Shown piece after piece: positions 43,864 through 54,363 of a stretch of 64,000 nucleotides of DNA. The notes beneath the pieces are model-generated. The model was not told the origin of the DNA, made no database searches, and saw only the letters and a list, made by a program, of their open reading frames with translations. Within the stretch, counting starts at the first letter, position 1. Every line of letters begins with the position of its first letter. Origin of the DNA: Lobosporangium transversale. Lineage: Eukaryota. The stretch covers positions 186,001 to 250,000 of the forward strand of contig NW_019028997.1 of NCBI RefSeq assembly GCF_002105155.1, in the 5' to 3' direction. The position numbers and the translations under genes are program-made.

Positions 43864-45024
43864 GGATGAAGTTATTTGCACGGGCCCGTACACCCCTTAT
43901 TTGTACGGCCCCTGTTGCAAATAAATTTTTACTTATAAAAAAATTTATTTGCACTGCCCCGTACACACTCTATTTACACTGCTCCCCCCGTACAAATAAA
44001 AAAAAGCTATTTGCACGGGGTCTCTATTTCATCTACAAGCAGCAACGTGTATCCTACAGACTACATGATTCTGGCTTTATATAAATAAGTGGAGGTGAGT
44101 CTAGAGTAGGGAGGAGTGAAATTATTACTGCAGCGCTGTGGGAGCTGCCAAACAGCTCATTTGTGACATACAAAAATACTACACCAACTGCACCATATAG
44201 ACCCAAATTACCACTCACGTGGGGCAGACGATATCTTACAGTACATAAGATACAGTAGGTGATTGTGGCACGTTCGGCTTTGAGTGCGAACTGTCACCAA
44301 CTATCAAAGACAAGTAATATCGGGTAAGAGGATAGATATTCCACAAAATAAGCTGAGGTCTACCCATTGTATTTTGATGAATTTGATAAACAAGAAAGGG
44401 AAAAGAAAGAGAGTAGGTAGTAACACGGCACGCTATACATCGTAGAAATGAGTATGATTGTATGATTGTTTGTATATCTACCGAAACAAACTACACGTTA
44501 GAGGTTCCTAATAACTGAACTCATCGTTGTGTGCTTAATAGTGTACGGAAGTACTAGAGATGTATGCACGCGTTAAATGAAAGAAAGCATCGGGGAACCA
44601 TCCATAATCTATAACAATGCAACCAACAAAAGTGCAAAGTAAAGCTGCATAGTATATTTCAATTATAGATAAATCATTTGTAATTCTGTATTTAGTCCCA
44701 GAGTCGCATAAAGAATGCCAACATCTACTCTGAGCTACATACGACTTTGATAAGATAAATATTCTGGTCAGTATTTGATGCTTAGGCAGCGGCTCTAGAT
44801 CTAAGCCTGTGTCGTGGAAGGCTTCCTGGTTATGGTGTTTAGGGCTAAAATAAAGACCCCGTACAAATAAAAAAAAAGAAATAATTTTTTTTTATTTGCA
44901 CGGGGGAGCGGTGTAAATAAGGTGTGTACGGGGCAGTGCAAATAGATTTTTTAAATATTTGTACGGGGCAGTGCAAATAGATTTTTTAAATATTTGTACG
45001 GCCCCCGTGCAAATATCTTTTTCC
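43864..45024. mobile_element. Mutator-like MITE flanked by poly-A on both sides
   Basis: Imperfect TIRs GGATGAAGTTATTTGCACGGG and CCCGTGCAAATATCTTTTTCC, with repeated ATTTG(C/T)ACGG subterminal motifs at both ends. Confidence 0.8.
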
Positions 45025-45057
45025 AAAAAAAAAAAAAAAAAAAAAAAAAGAAAAAGA

Positions 45058-45101
45058 ACTGTATTTGGCCCCCAGAAGTAGGCTGCCAAACAGATCAATC
45101 C
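45058..45101. mobile_element. Terminal fragment of the GGATTAATC MITE family
   Basis: CCCCCAGAAGTAGGCTGCCAAACAGATCAATCC is a diverged, internally deleted reverse complement of 26377-26450. Confidence 0.65.
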
Positions 45102-45169
45102 TTCCGAAATAAAGACCCGTGCATATTACTTCATCCAACGATCAAAAAATTAGCCATGAGGTACAAATA

Positions 45170-45241
45170 TTCCCAGTCCGGGGATCGAACCCGGGCCTTG
45201 TCGGTGAGAGCGACAAATCCTGACCACTGGACCAACTAGGA
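45170..45241 (-). tRNA. tRNA-Glu(CTC)
   Basis: Reverse complement has acceptor TCCTAGT/ACTGGGA, anticodon arm TGTCG-CT CTC AC-CGACA and T-loop GGTTCGATCCC. Confidence 0.95.
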
Positions 45242-45449
45242 ATCATATAGAGCTGATGAAAAAATCACTGTCTTAAGAACCGGGGGGTTATACTGAGATG
45301 CCCTTAAAAACCGCAACGAGACGCAAATACATAGAACACACTGAAATGTTGTACCAAGATAAAGGTCTTTATTAGTTTATGATACATATAATACTATACA
45401 AGTAACTAGTGCTGAGATGAATGAGGTTGCATACCTGAAGTGTTGTACC

Positions 45450-45481
<32 letters not shown>

Positions 45482-45726
45482 GATAACAAGGACCCACGAG
45501 GTCATGTAGGATTTATTTTGATGTTAGCTCTATAAATGGGTTGCCCCATTACTGGGGTCGCAAATAAAGCGGTATCCAATAATCGGCCGAAGCCGCATCG
45601 TCATACTGCCACAGTACTACATCCTGTTCATAAACCACGTCAGCATTGAGTAGACTTCCTTGGTCCCAGAGGACCTGTGGCACGGCTCTACTCCCTACTT
45701 GGCCTGTTGTGCGCGAAGGTCATCCT

Positions 45727-48700
45727 TTAGCCGCTGTCCTCAATCATCAAAAATTTACAGCTTTCCAGGCGCTCCATAATCGCCAATTCCACCTGCTGCC
45801 GGTAGCTTGCCGCCACTCGCCGGTCTGCCTCAGTCCTGATCGCCTTCACATCTGCTGTTCGTCGTTGTCCCTGGTGAGAGCCAAAGAATTCACCTCTGCT
45901 ACGTCTGTGCCTCCCAACACAGTTGCGTCCCCTGGCGCGTTTGCTCACAGAGGTGATACCATTTTCTCTTTCCCAGTTGACGGTGACTTTGCAGCGTCTG
46001 TTCCAGATTTCAGTCCTGCCGAGTTCCTCGATTGACTTGACAAAGCGGCAAACAATGTACCTTGAGATCGATGCTGTGGTTCTGAAGATCGTCTTCCATT
46101 TTTGTATCAGTTCCTTCGGCACCAAACCGTGGTACAAGTCTTGGACAGTCCAGTGGGCATGCTCACCCTCGTTCCTCCGTCCCATATCCACATCTTCCTC
46201 ACCAAACAGAGTGCTCGCATGTCGAATCTCTCTGACGCCCTTGAACATCGCTTCCAAAGAGCCCCAAATCACGTTGTCGGCTACAGGTGTAAACGAGGGG
46301 CCTCCTTTATTCAGGTTTGGCTCCTGTGTTTTCCCTTGTTTGTCTTCCCAGAGCTTCTTCTCCTTCACTAATGCTCTTTTGCCATCCTTCGTGATGAGTT
46401 CTATGGCCTGCTTCCAACCTTTCAATTGCTCGTCCAGTGTCATGGGACATCGCCAGAGGTGTTCTATGTCCTCCTGCTCCTGTTCACACATCCTGCAGAT
46501 GTCAGTCTCATACAGGTCCGGTCGCCACTGCCTCATATAAGTGAGTGTAGGAAGCATACCATGGACCTTCTTTATTCTGTGCGCTCTCTTGTGACAATCT
46601 GCTGGGCTGGTGAAGAGGCCTCTAGGCGTGTTGCCATCGTGAAGAATATGCAGGCTTGCTTTCCATTCTACTTCTCGCCAGTCTGCAATATAATTCCTGA
46701 CTCTGTTCTGAGACGCCCACAAGTAATGTGTTCTCACTGCTGATTGGAGTTTTAGCAGGTGTCTAAGATCATCCTCCACCACCTCGTTCTCGAAAATAGC
46801 GTGGCAGCGCAGATCGTTGTGTTCCAGTACTTTGATTGTCCACATTTCGCTAAAATGAGCATCTTTGGCGGCTTGGTCTGCCCTTATATTGCCTCTATTC
46901 CCAGCATGGCCCTTGACCCATTTCACAGTTACCTTCCCGCCCTGCTTAAAGAGCGCTCTCGAAATGGCTGCCCACCACACTGCGTACTTGGATCGCAATC
47001 GCTGCCGTTCAGTGCTTGCTTCTCGCTTTTGAGCAAGGTCCTTGAACTGAACCACTACCGCCATGTTGTCTATGTAGACAGTCGTTGGAACGTTACGGGG
47101 ACTGACTAGAATGGCTGCGTACAGTCCTACTAGCTCTGCCTTGGTGGATGAAGCATACCCATCGACTCTACCTGAAACTACATTTGAGAAGCTTTCTGGG
47201 CCTATCTGAGCCACCACTCCGAAAGCCATCCGCGCCGCCCTTCTTCCTGCCTCTTCAAGGGACCCATCGGAGTAAAGTGTTAGCTGACTCATCGTTGATA
47301 GTTTCTCTCTTTGACGCAGTATATTGTCCATGTCAACCTGTGGGATCTCTACACCTAGGCACTCAGAGGAGCCAAACCACCGATGATGACCCTCTGGGAT
47401 TTTATTATTCCTTGTTCTTGAGGAGTCCATCTCTTCTTGCGCTTTCGTCCTGAGCCTCCTATCGAGAGCTTGTTCGTCGAGTTCATGGCGTCCACGTATC
47501 TTGTTTCGCTCTTGTGCTCTACGTCTTGCTCGGTTGAAAGCCGCTCGTCGTCGCTGTTCTCTTCTTCCTTGTTCATCGAGCCTTTGAAACCTAGCCTGTA
47601 ACCGTAGGCGTTCTTGACGGCGAGCTCTTTCGATAGCCTTCGAGTGTGCGGCTTCTTGCTTGGCTTGCACCCACTGTTCACGTCGCCACACTCTCCTTCT
47701 CTCCGCCTCTTCTTTTTTCCTCTCTTGCTCTATTTTTCTTAGCAACCATTGCTCCCTCTTCCCTCTTTCCAAACGGTCGCGAAATTGTAACATTTTCCTT
47801 CCTTGAGGATCTTTCCACAGCCTATGCCTCTCGTTAGCTTCGCGCTCTTTTTCTCTCAAACGCTCTCTTTTTTCAAAATTTTCTCGCAAGTATTCTTTTT
47901 GGAGTTCGCGATCAGACTCAGTGTATCCTTCATACTCCTGCATACCCTCTTGTATGTAACACTGTGCTCTTCTTTCTCTTTCCTCCCGCTGTTCTACACT
48001 TAGGGGATCAAGTGGCTCTCTGGGGTCTTCTTCCACGTCACTGAGGTAACTTATATATCCAACTTCATCATCCTCATCATCCTCAGTGGGCTGCTCCTCC
48101 AACATATTGTCTTCTGTGAGTAGTTCATCTGCTCTCTCATTGTTTTCAGTCTCATTTAGCTGTTGGAGCTCCCTTAAATCTCTCTCTTCCTCTTCGTCTA
48201 GTCTCTGAAGAATGTTCTTTTTGTCTCTACACCATACTTCGATAAAGTTGTGTGTGTAAAGGGACTCATGAAGGGCATTTTGAACATTGTGGAACCATGC
48301 TGGAGATGCCTTTGGGTCTCTCCTTTTCGTACGTACCTCATTCCAGGATTTGAGTGACGAATCCTCGTCTAGAGTTTGCTCAGCATAATATATTCCTCTT
48401 GCTGCTAATTCCCGCACAGGCTGGTCATCCACAATGCCATGAAGCATGTCTGCTATATTGAGAGCATTTCCAGGGAGCCCAAAATCGTTTGCTAGTTGCA
48501 AGTCAAACTTCACTTGTCGATCGGCCATTAGTTTACAGACGCTTGATGCGAAGTTGTGTTTGTATGCTTTTATTTTGTGTGGCTCTGCAGTTGGGAGCTT
48601 GCTCGTCCTAAGGCGCTTCTGGAGGGCAATGAGACGTGCTCTACAGATACGTCCCATCAACCCATTGTCATTTAGGCGTAGGAACAGGGTTGATATCTGC

Positions 48701-51700
48701 TCCTCTGTCTGTGCGTCTTCTAAGTTTTTAATTGCATAGAATCTAGGGTGATGCATTATGCTGTTGGGTGTGGTTGACGGCATACGTGCTTTGCTCTTAC
48801 ATAGCTTCATATACTTACCTGTCATTCGTCTCACAAAAGAAGGGGGAAGTATCTGTGCCGAAATCCTATAAAGCACCTTGGGTATGAGGACGTTATTGAT
48901 GAGATATGCTGTCTGTTTGTCGGTTACTGCTTTTGAGGAGAGAATACTACACATTGACGTGACTTCTCTTTCTACAATGTTCTCTGTTGTCTTCACCGAC
49001 CCTCTGGCTGTTACCCAGACACCTAGTATCCGGACAGGGTCATCTTTGCCCAGCGGGCGGATTTCTTCTGCCGGTGTACCAAAATGGAGATTATTGTTAT
49101 TGTTGAGCTTGCTGTTTAGTGTTAGCACCTGCGTCTTTTTCGCATTGATTTCGACCCCGTTAAGAACAAAAAAGGACGTGGCGACATCTAGTATATCCTG
49201 TACATGTTGCTTGGAGTCAGATATCCATGTCGTGTCGTCCACAAAAGCCAGACATGCGAGCTGAGGTGTATCTGGAGGGCCCTCTATTCTGTATCCCTTC
49301 ATGTGGTCCATAACTTCACATAGTAGTGGATCATAAGCTATTCGCCAGAGTAAAGGGCACTCTACGCCTCCTTGATCCAGACCGCATTCTGGGCGGTACT
49401 CTTTCGTAAGCCCGTATTCTGTAATAACTCTATTGACCTTGGTAACAGCGATGTTCTCACACAACCTGATAAATGCCTCTGGAACTCGTAAGCGACGTAG
49501 CCCTCTGGACAACATACCATCGGAAGCACAATTGACCGAATCAAAACACCTTTTCATATCTTGGAACACTATCCATTGCTCCTTGCGAAACTCTCTAGCA
49601 TCTTCCATTGCTGCTTGGAGGATATGAATTGGGTCCTTTGTCGTCGTTCCTTTTAAGACAGAAAAGTTAGGCCCCCGCAAGATGTTATGACGCCGCATCA
49701 TTTCACTAAGTCTATTGGTTAGAACTGTGAACATGATTTTTCTTGCATGTTCTAGAAGCGCAATCGGCCTGACTTCCGCCATGCTTCCTGACCATTCTGC
49801 TGCCTTTGGGATGCAATACAATAGTCCAGTTTTCCAATCCTTTGGTATTGTTTCTTGGACTATTGTGGCACCAACAATCTGGAAAAGAATGTTATGTCCG
49901 ACTTGGCCTTGATGTTGAAATAAATCGTTCGTGGTGCCTGATACTCCTGGTGCTTTGTTCTTTGGTGTCTCTTGGATCACTACCATAAATTCCTCCCATG
50001 AAGGTGGGCTCATGAGCCCATCATACCATTCTTCCTTGATCCTTTCGTGTGGTGCGTATTGTCTTTCCCAGCGTGTTCCTTGTTCCAGAGGTTTTGCAGG
50101 CCTGGGACCGTGCCACTTTTGAAACCATTCTCTGACGTGCCTTTTAATACCTTCTGGCTCAAGAATGTTGAAAGTGTCACCGTCCTCCTGTACTTGAATC
50201 CTGTCCAGTATGACTCTTCCATGTCCTCTACCTAACAACTTATCAATCATCCGACCTGTCGCCGTAAGCAGCTGTCCGCATCTCTGTTCAATCCACTCTG
50301 TCATCTTCGATGCTTTTTCTAAACGCCTCTCTGTCTGCATCTCCGATATTGCCTGTACCCATCTTTTCTTGATACCCTTGCTCCATGTCTCCCATTCTTC
50401 TTCATCTGCGTTCCACCCAGGCACCTCGCCTAGATCCTCCATTCCTCTTTCCGTTTCTTCCCTCATCCATTTCGCGTGGTTGTTGAATTTGATCCGCTCC
50501 GCCTCTAGATATTCTCTTGCACTATCCTCTAGATCGGTTCGTCTTCTCCGTCTAATTGCCACCGTTGCTTGCTTGATCTTGCTTAGGTCCCGCACTAAGT
50601 GTAAGATCGAGAGTTCTGCTTGAGGTTTCACCCCTGATCTACCTACTGTTTTACCTGGTAGGGTCGCTTTTGCACAGCGAAGCACTGTTTTTGAGTACCA
50701 GCGCCACGCTTGTTCCACCTTTACCTTCTCTAATTCTTCCGGAGTTATTCTGCCTTCATTTTGGTTCTCATATTTGAGTCCAAGATTCCTCATTTTCTCC
50801 TGATCGTCGAGAGCCATGTTTAAGGCATTTTCAAAATCATCCCACTGTGTCTTGTTAATGTCTCGAAATTGAAAGCGGAAGCCTTTGGGTTTCTTGTACT
50901 TAAGAGGATCTGCCTTGTGGATGAGTGCTTGGATTGTGATATTGGCCGTCACCATTTTATGGTCCGACGAGACTCCATCAACCGAACTGTGATCAACATA
51001 CACAAGCTTGCCCACCAACAAGCTATCTGTAAAGATCATGTCAATTCGGCTGACACCTTGGCATGTAAAGTCTTGTGTTGTTGGGTGTAACGCCCTGTAG
51101 GTGTCGTAGAATTGCTCTGTTTGTAGCCATTTTAGGATATCGGTTTCTGGATTGGTGCTGGTCCTTGTGCAGTTTTTTCTGTCAATCCTGGGATTGCATA
51201 CCCCATTGAAGTCTCCCATAATAATTACCTCCCTGCGTTCTGCTCTTGCACTAATACATTCTCCTTTGAGCCACTCGCTTAATTCTCTGCGCTGCTTTTC
51301 CTTTTCACGATTCGTTCTATCTTCACTGGGTACATAACAATTAATCACCCGAAGCTTTAATTGTCCTTTGAAATTAAAATCTCTAGACTGCCCTCTGCTT
51401 CCACATGAGGATATTCTCCCAGCATGTACCCATAGCCACTTGTGGATAATGAGGCCGACTCCCGTACCTCGCGTTTTCCCTTCCTCACCTGTTAACCACC
51501 AAAATTTATAACTTTCTTGTTTTATATAGTCTGCTGCTATTTTCGCACCATGATTCATATTTGTCTCTTGTAACGCAATAACATCATACTCTTCTGACTC
51601 TCCCCAATGACAAAGTGTTTCCAATTTTCCAGCTGTTAAAATTCCCTGTGTATTGAAGGTTCCTAACTTCAATCTATCATTCTTTCCATCTCTATTTACT

Positions 51701-51735
51701 GTCCTACATGTTACTATGTTAGGCGTATTACTCAT
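45727..51735 (-). CDS. LINE ORF2: AP endonuclease, RT, charged insertion, RNase H, C-terminal CCHC
   Basis: LQET, GDFN, RID and SDH (APE); APG, RPIAL, QGG, FVDD and ILG (RT); YSDGS, AEL, IDN and WVKGHAGNRGNIRAD (RNase H); CRMC...HLWRC. Confidence 0.95.
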   Translation of the reverse strand: MSNTPNIVTCRTVNRDGKNDRLKLGTFNTQGILTAGKLETLCHWGESEEYDVIALQETNMNHGAKIAADYIKQESYKFWWLTGEEGKTRGTGVGLIIHKWLWVHAGRISSCGSRGQSRDFNFKGQLKLRVINCYVPSEDRTNREKEKQRRELSEWLKGECISARAERREVIIMGDFNGVCNPRIDRKNCTRTSTNPETDILKWLQTEQFYDTYRALHPTTQDFTCQGVSRIDMIFTDSLLVGKLVYVDHSSVDGVSSDHKMVTANITIQALIHKADPLKYKKPKGFRFQFRDINKTQWDDFENALNMALDDQEKMRNLGLKYENQNEGRITPEELEKVKVEQAWRWYSKTVLRCAKATLPGKTVGRSGVKPQAELSILHLVRDLSKIKQATVAIRRRRRTDLEDSAREYLEAERIKFNNHAKWMREETERGMEDLGEVPGWNADEEEWETWSKGIKKRWVQAISEMQTERRLEKASKMTEWIEQRCGQLLTATGRMIDKLLGRGHGRVILDRIQVQEDGDTFNILEPEGIKRHVREWFQKWHGPRPAKPLEQGTRWERQYAPHERIKEEWYDGLMSPPSWEEFMVVIQETPKNKAPGVSGTTNDLFQHQGQVGHNILFQIVGATIVQETIPKDWKTGLLYCIPKAAEWSGSMAEVRPIALLEHARKIMFTVLTNRLSEMMRRHNILRGPNFSVLKGTTTKDPIHILQAAMEDAREFRKEQWIVFQDMKRCFDSVNCASDGMLSRGLRRLRVPEAFIRLCENIAVTKVNRVITEYGLTKEYRPECGLDQGGVECPLLWRIAYDPLLCEVMDHMKGYRIEGPPDTPQLACLAFVDDTTWISDSKQHVQDILDVATSFFVLNGVEINAKKTQVLTLNSKLNNNNNLHFGTPAEEIRPLGKDDPVRILGVWVTARGSVKTTENIVEREVTSMCSILSSKAVTDKQTAYLINNVLIPKVLYRISAQILPPSFVRRMTGKYMKLCKSKARMPSTTPNSIMHHPRFYAIKNLEDAQTEEQISTLFLRLNDNGLMGRICRARLIALQKRLRTSKLPTAEPHKIKAYKHNFASSVCKLMADRQVKFDLQLANDFGLPGNALNIADMLHGIVDDQPVRELAARGIYYAEQTLDEDSSLKSWNEVRTKRRDPKASPAWFHNVQNALHESLYTHNFIEVWCRDKKNILQRLDEEEERDLRELQQLNETENNERADELLTEDNMLEEQPTEDDEDDEVGYISYLSDVEEDPREPLDPLSVEQREERERRAQCYIQEGMQEYEGYTESDRELQKEYLRENFEKRERLREKEREANERHRLWKDPQGRKMLQFRDRLERGKREQWLLRKIEQERKKEEAERRRVWRREQWVQAKQEAAHSKAIERARRQERLRLQARFQRLDEQGRREQRRRAAFNRARRRAQERNKIRGRHELDEQALDRRLRTKAQEEMDSSRTRNNKIPEGHHRWFGSSECLGVEIPQVDMDNILRQREKLSTMSQLTLYSDGSLEEAGRRAARMAFGVVAQIGPESFSNVVSGRVDGYASSTKAELVGLYAAILVSPRNVPTTVYIDNMAVVVQFKDLAQKREASTERQRLRSKYAVWWAAISRALFKQGGKVTVKWVKGHAGNRGNIRADQAAKDAHFSEMWTIKVLEHNDLRCHAIFENEVVEDDLRHLLKLQSAVRTHYLWASQNRVRNYIADWREVEWKASLHILHDGNTPRGLFTSPADCHKRAHRIKKVHGMLPTLTYMRQWRPDLYETDICRMCEQEQEDIEHLWRCPMTLDEQLKGWKQAIELITKDGKRALVKEKKLWEDKQGKTQEPNLNKGGPSFTPVADNVIWGSLEAMFKGVREIRHASTLFGEEDVDMGRRNEGEHAHWTVQDLYHGLVPKELIQKWKTIFRTTASISRYIVCRFVKSIEELGRTEIWNRRCKVTVNWERENGITSVSKRARGRNCVGRHRRSRGEFFGSHQGQRRTADVKAIRTEADRRVAASYRQQVELAIMERLESCKFLMIEDSG

Positions 51736-53524
51736 TTAAGGAAGGTTTTGAGGATTGTCCAATTATCACTACAGGCTTTGATGGCAATGGTACTGTTTTT
51801 TCAGCAGCCCTGGGTGGGCCCATTAGCGCCATAATAGCGGCCAAAGTCTCGTTCGTGTCTGGGATAGCTAGTCCACTGGAGTTCTGGCCTTTCTTTGACT
51901 TCATCGCGCTGCGACTTGTGTCTGCGCTCAGACCGACTGCCATTAGCTGTTCCTTAGGGACAGTGATGCCCATATTCTTTGAGAGCATTTGAATCACTAT
52001 AGACATCAACATCTGATTGGTCTGCGCAAGCTGTAATTGCTCCTGTTGCATTCTAACGATAGTCTCTTGAAGCTGTCCAATTTTCTTTTCCAATACATTT
52101 TGCATAGCTTTATTTTGTCCATTATGCTGCTGTCCAGGCTGTTGTTGCTTATTTTGTTGTGGCCCGCTGTTTTGTCCATTCTGCAGTCCATTTTGCGGTC
52201 CATTTTGCGGTCCATTTTGCAATTCGCTTTGTCTCTGTGTCTGTTCTCCATTTTGGCTGCTACTTCCAATGATCTGTGCAAATGTACGGTTAGCCGTGAC
52301 CTTAAGCGCTCCACCTCTTTGGTACTCTTTCACTGCCTGGATGTGGGCCTTAGTCTTCATTCTTTCAATGTAAATTGTGCACACCCTTTGAATATGGCCT
52401 AGTTCACCGCACTCTCTACATCTTTTGTCTTCTTTATCTCCCCACATAGTTTCTTTCCCACCTACTTTAATGGGAATCTCCATGCAGCTAACCATGTCTG
52501 CTTCTGATGAGAAATAAACGAATGCTTCACGTAAAGTCTTTGTGTATTTACCCTCTTTCGAGAAAATCCTTGGGATAATTAAAAACTCAGCCTTATTTTC
52601 GCCCAGGATCTCTTTCAAGTCCAAAGGCGTTGTTCCCATAGGGAGTTGAGACAGCTTTGCGACATAACGCAGTTCCCACACTACTTTCTCCTTTCCAATT
52701 GTACTTAAACGAGCAAGATCTCTACCAACGAAAACCCACTTTTTCTTTTCCGCTTGGATTTTCTTTACACTCTCCTCTTGTCTAAAGAGAACTCTTGCCA
52801 CAATTTTGATACCATTTTTGCATGGACGAGTTACAATTTTTTCCACTTCGCCAAACTGAGCCATCGCTGATTTGATCCTGAAATCATCAGTCTTGGGATG
52901 AAGACCGTAAATTTCAACTGATCTATCCTGTTCTGTGATGCGTTGGTCCTGATCGACTCTGGTGAAGATAGGCTGCTCCGAAGATGTTCCGTTTTCTTCG
53001 TCTTCTTTATGGTGAGTGAGTTCCAGCAGGTTCTCTAGGTCACCCAGCGTTTCAACGGCGACGCGAAAAACTTTTTGTCCGTCCTTATTCTTGATACGGG
53101 TTGGTCCCTCCGTGCAGTGGATGCCTTGGTGAATGAGGATCTGCTGGAGTTCATCTCTTTTCATAGCGTAGGTGTCGCCATAGATCAGATCCACAGGAGC
53201 CGTGGCCACGAAAAACCTTTCCTTAGTTCTCTGAACTTCGATCCACTCTGTTTCGTCATCCATTTCTTCGTCGTCTTCGTCAATTGCTGTCTCGGTAGCA
53301 GCGCGCTCTTGATCAACTTGCATTTGTTTTAGTCCCTTTTTGGGATTATAAGAACAGCGTTGAGTGGAATTCATTGCAATTGGGGTGGTGGCCCCAATAC
53401 TTTGGCTTGGTTTTTGCGCGTCTTGGCCGTCAAGGGGAAGTTTTTGTTTTTTGAAATTGTTCATTCTGCTTGTTTCTCCATCATCTTGTCGATGATGGAG
53501 TTGAATTTTTTCAGCCCCAGACAT
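51728..53524 (-). CDS. LINE ORF1 (RRM-like region, CCHC zinc knuckle, coiled coil)
   Basis: CRECGELGHIQRVC knuckle. Overlaps ORF2 by 8 nt (ATGAGTAA). Confidence 0.9.
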   Translation of the reverse strand: MSGAEKIQLHHRQDDGETSRMNNFKKQKLPLDGQDAQKPSQSIGATTPIAMNSTQRCSYNPKKGLKQMQVDQERAATETAIDEDDEEMDDETEWIEVQRTKERFFVATAPVDLIYGDTYAMKRDELQQILIHQGIHCTEGPTRIKNKDGQKVFRVAVETLGDLENLLELTHHKEDEENGTSSEQPIFTRVDQDQRITEQDRSVEIYGLHPKTDDFRIKSAMAQFGEVEKIVTRPCKNGIKIVARVLFRQEESVKKIQAEKKKWVFVGRDLARLSTIGKEKVVWELRYVAKLSQLPMGTTPLDLKEILGENKAEFLIIPRIFSKEGKYTKTLREAFVYFSSEADMVSCMEIPIKVGGKETMWGDKEDKRCRECGELGHIQRVCTIYIERMKTKAHIQAVKEYQRGGALKVTANRTFAQIIGSSSQNGEQTQRQSELQNGPQNGPQNGLQNGQNSGPQQNKQQQPGQQHNGQNKAMQNVLEKKIGQLQETIVRMQQEQLQLAQTNQMLMSIVIQMLSKNMGITVPKEQLMAVGLSADTSRSAMKSKKGQNSSGLAIPDTNETLAAIMALMGPPRAAEKTVPLPSKPVVIIGQSSKPSLNE

Positions 53525-53978
53525 CTTGGGTTGATAAATACTTTTGCACTCTTGTGCGCTAACGTAGGGTGTGTAAGGGGTGTTAAGAGAGGGGCAGTGT
53601 TAATGTAGCGTCCGACTTGATGGATCGGAGAAGAGTTTTATAATGGTCCGACAGTCCGGGTCGAATATGGATCAGTCAATTTGAAGTGTTGTACCAAGAT
53701 AAAGGTAAGGAACACTTCAGGACGGAGAGTCCACTATTTATTATAGCGGAGGATCGGGTGGCTAGCTCACGTCCAGGCAGGACGGGGTGGGTTTGAGGGT
53801 ACCACTATAGGTATACCTCTGGTCCTACCTACCATGACGTCACTTGTTATAGGACGTGAGCTAAGTTGCCTCGATTTAGGACGACTTGTAATAAATATAT
53901 TTTCTATTACACTATCAGCATACCTTATAGTCCCGTGATTGTATTTAGGATTAAAGTATATAATTATCAGAGCGATAC

Positions 53979-54363
53979 TGTCGTAGAGCATCTACTAGTG
54001 ATCTCTGGAAACTAGTAGGTAATGATGAAAAATGAAGAATTGGGCAAGAGCCTCGTGGTTTTGGGATACGATAGTGATCCTAAGTAATGCTTTGAATGAT
54101 TTTGAGGATGCTGCAAAAGGGCATCGATAATAAGAAGAGAGATCTTTAATAACTGCTAATTTTCTGAGAATTCATAATGAGAATAATGAAGATAAACTCA
54201 CCTGCAAAAGGGCATCGATAATAAGAAGAGAGATGCCGTTTTTGCAGTGAAGGAAAAAGCTACTGAAATACTATTTAAAAATGGTAGAAAATAGGATGAT
54301 AGGAAATAAATAAATTGAAAGGAAATACATATTTAGGTAAATGAATAGGCGTCATTTACGACA
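53979..54363 (-). repeat. 3' LTR, containing an internal 33-bp direct repeat
   Basis: Matches 59347-59731. CTGCAAAAGGGCATCGATAATAAGAAGAGAGAT occurs twice. Confidence 0.95.

Larger units (their letters stand above)
45455..53681 (-). mobile_element. Full-length non-LTR retrotransposon (APE-RT-RNase H; L1/Tx1-like)
   Basis: 19-bp TSD TGAAGTGTTGTACCAAGAT at 45436-45454 and 53682-53700, TGTTATC(A)n tail, and two uninterrupted ORFs. Confidence 0.95.
45254..53969. mobile_element. Putative ~470-bp solo LTR (45254-45454 plus 53701-53969) split by the LINE
   Basis: Begins TGAT, ends ATCA and is flanked by GAGC on both sides (45250-45253, 53970-53973). It starts 12 nt upstream of tRNA-Glu. Confidence 0.45.

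Noticed and set aside
45646..53608. Numerous plus-strand ORFs over the LINE, and likewise over the Gypsy and helicase genes
   Set aside because: Antisense to well-supported coding frames and without independent motifs.
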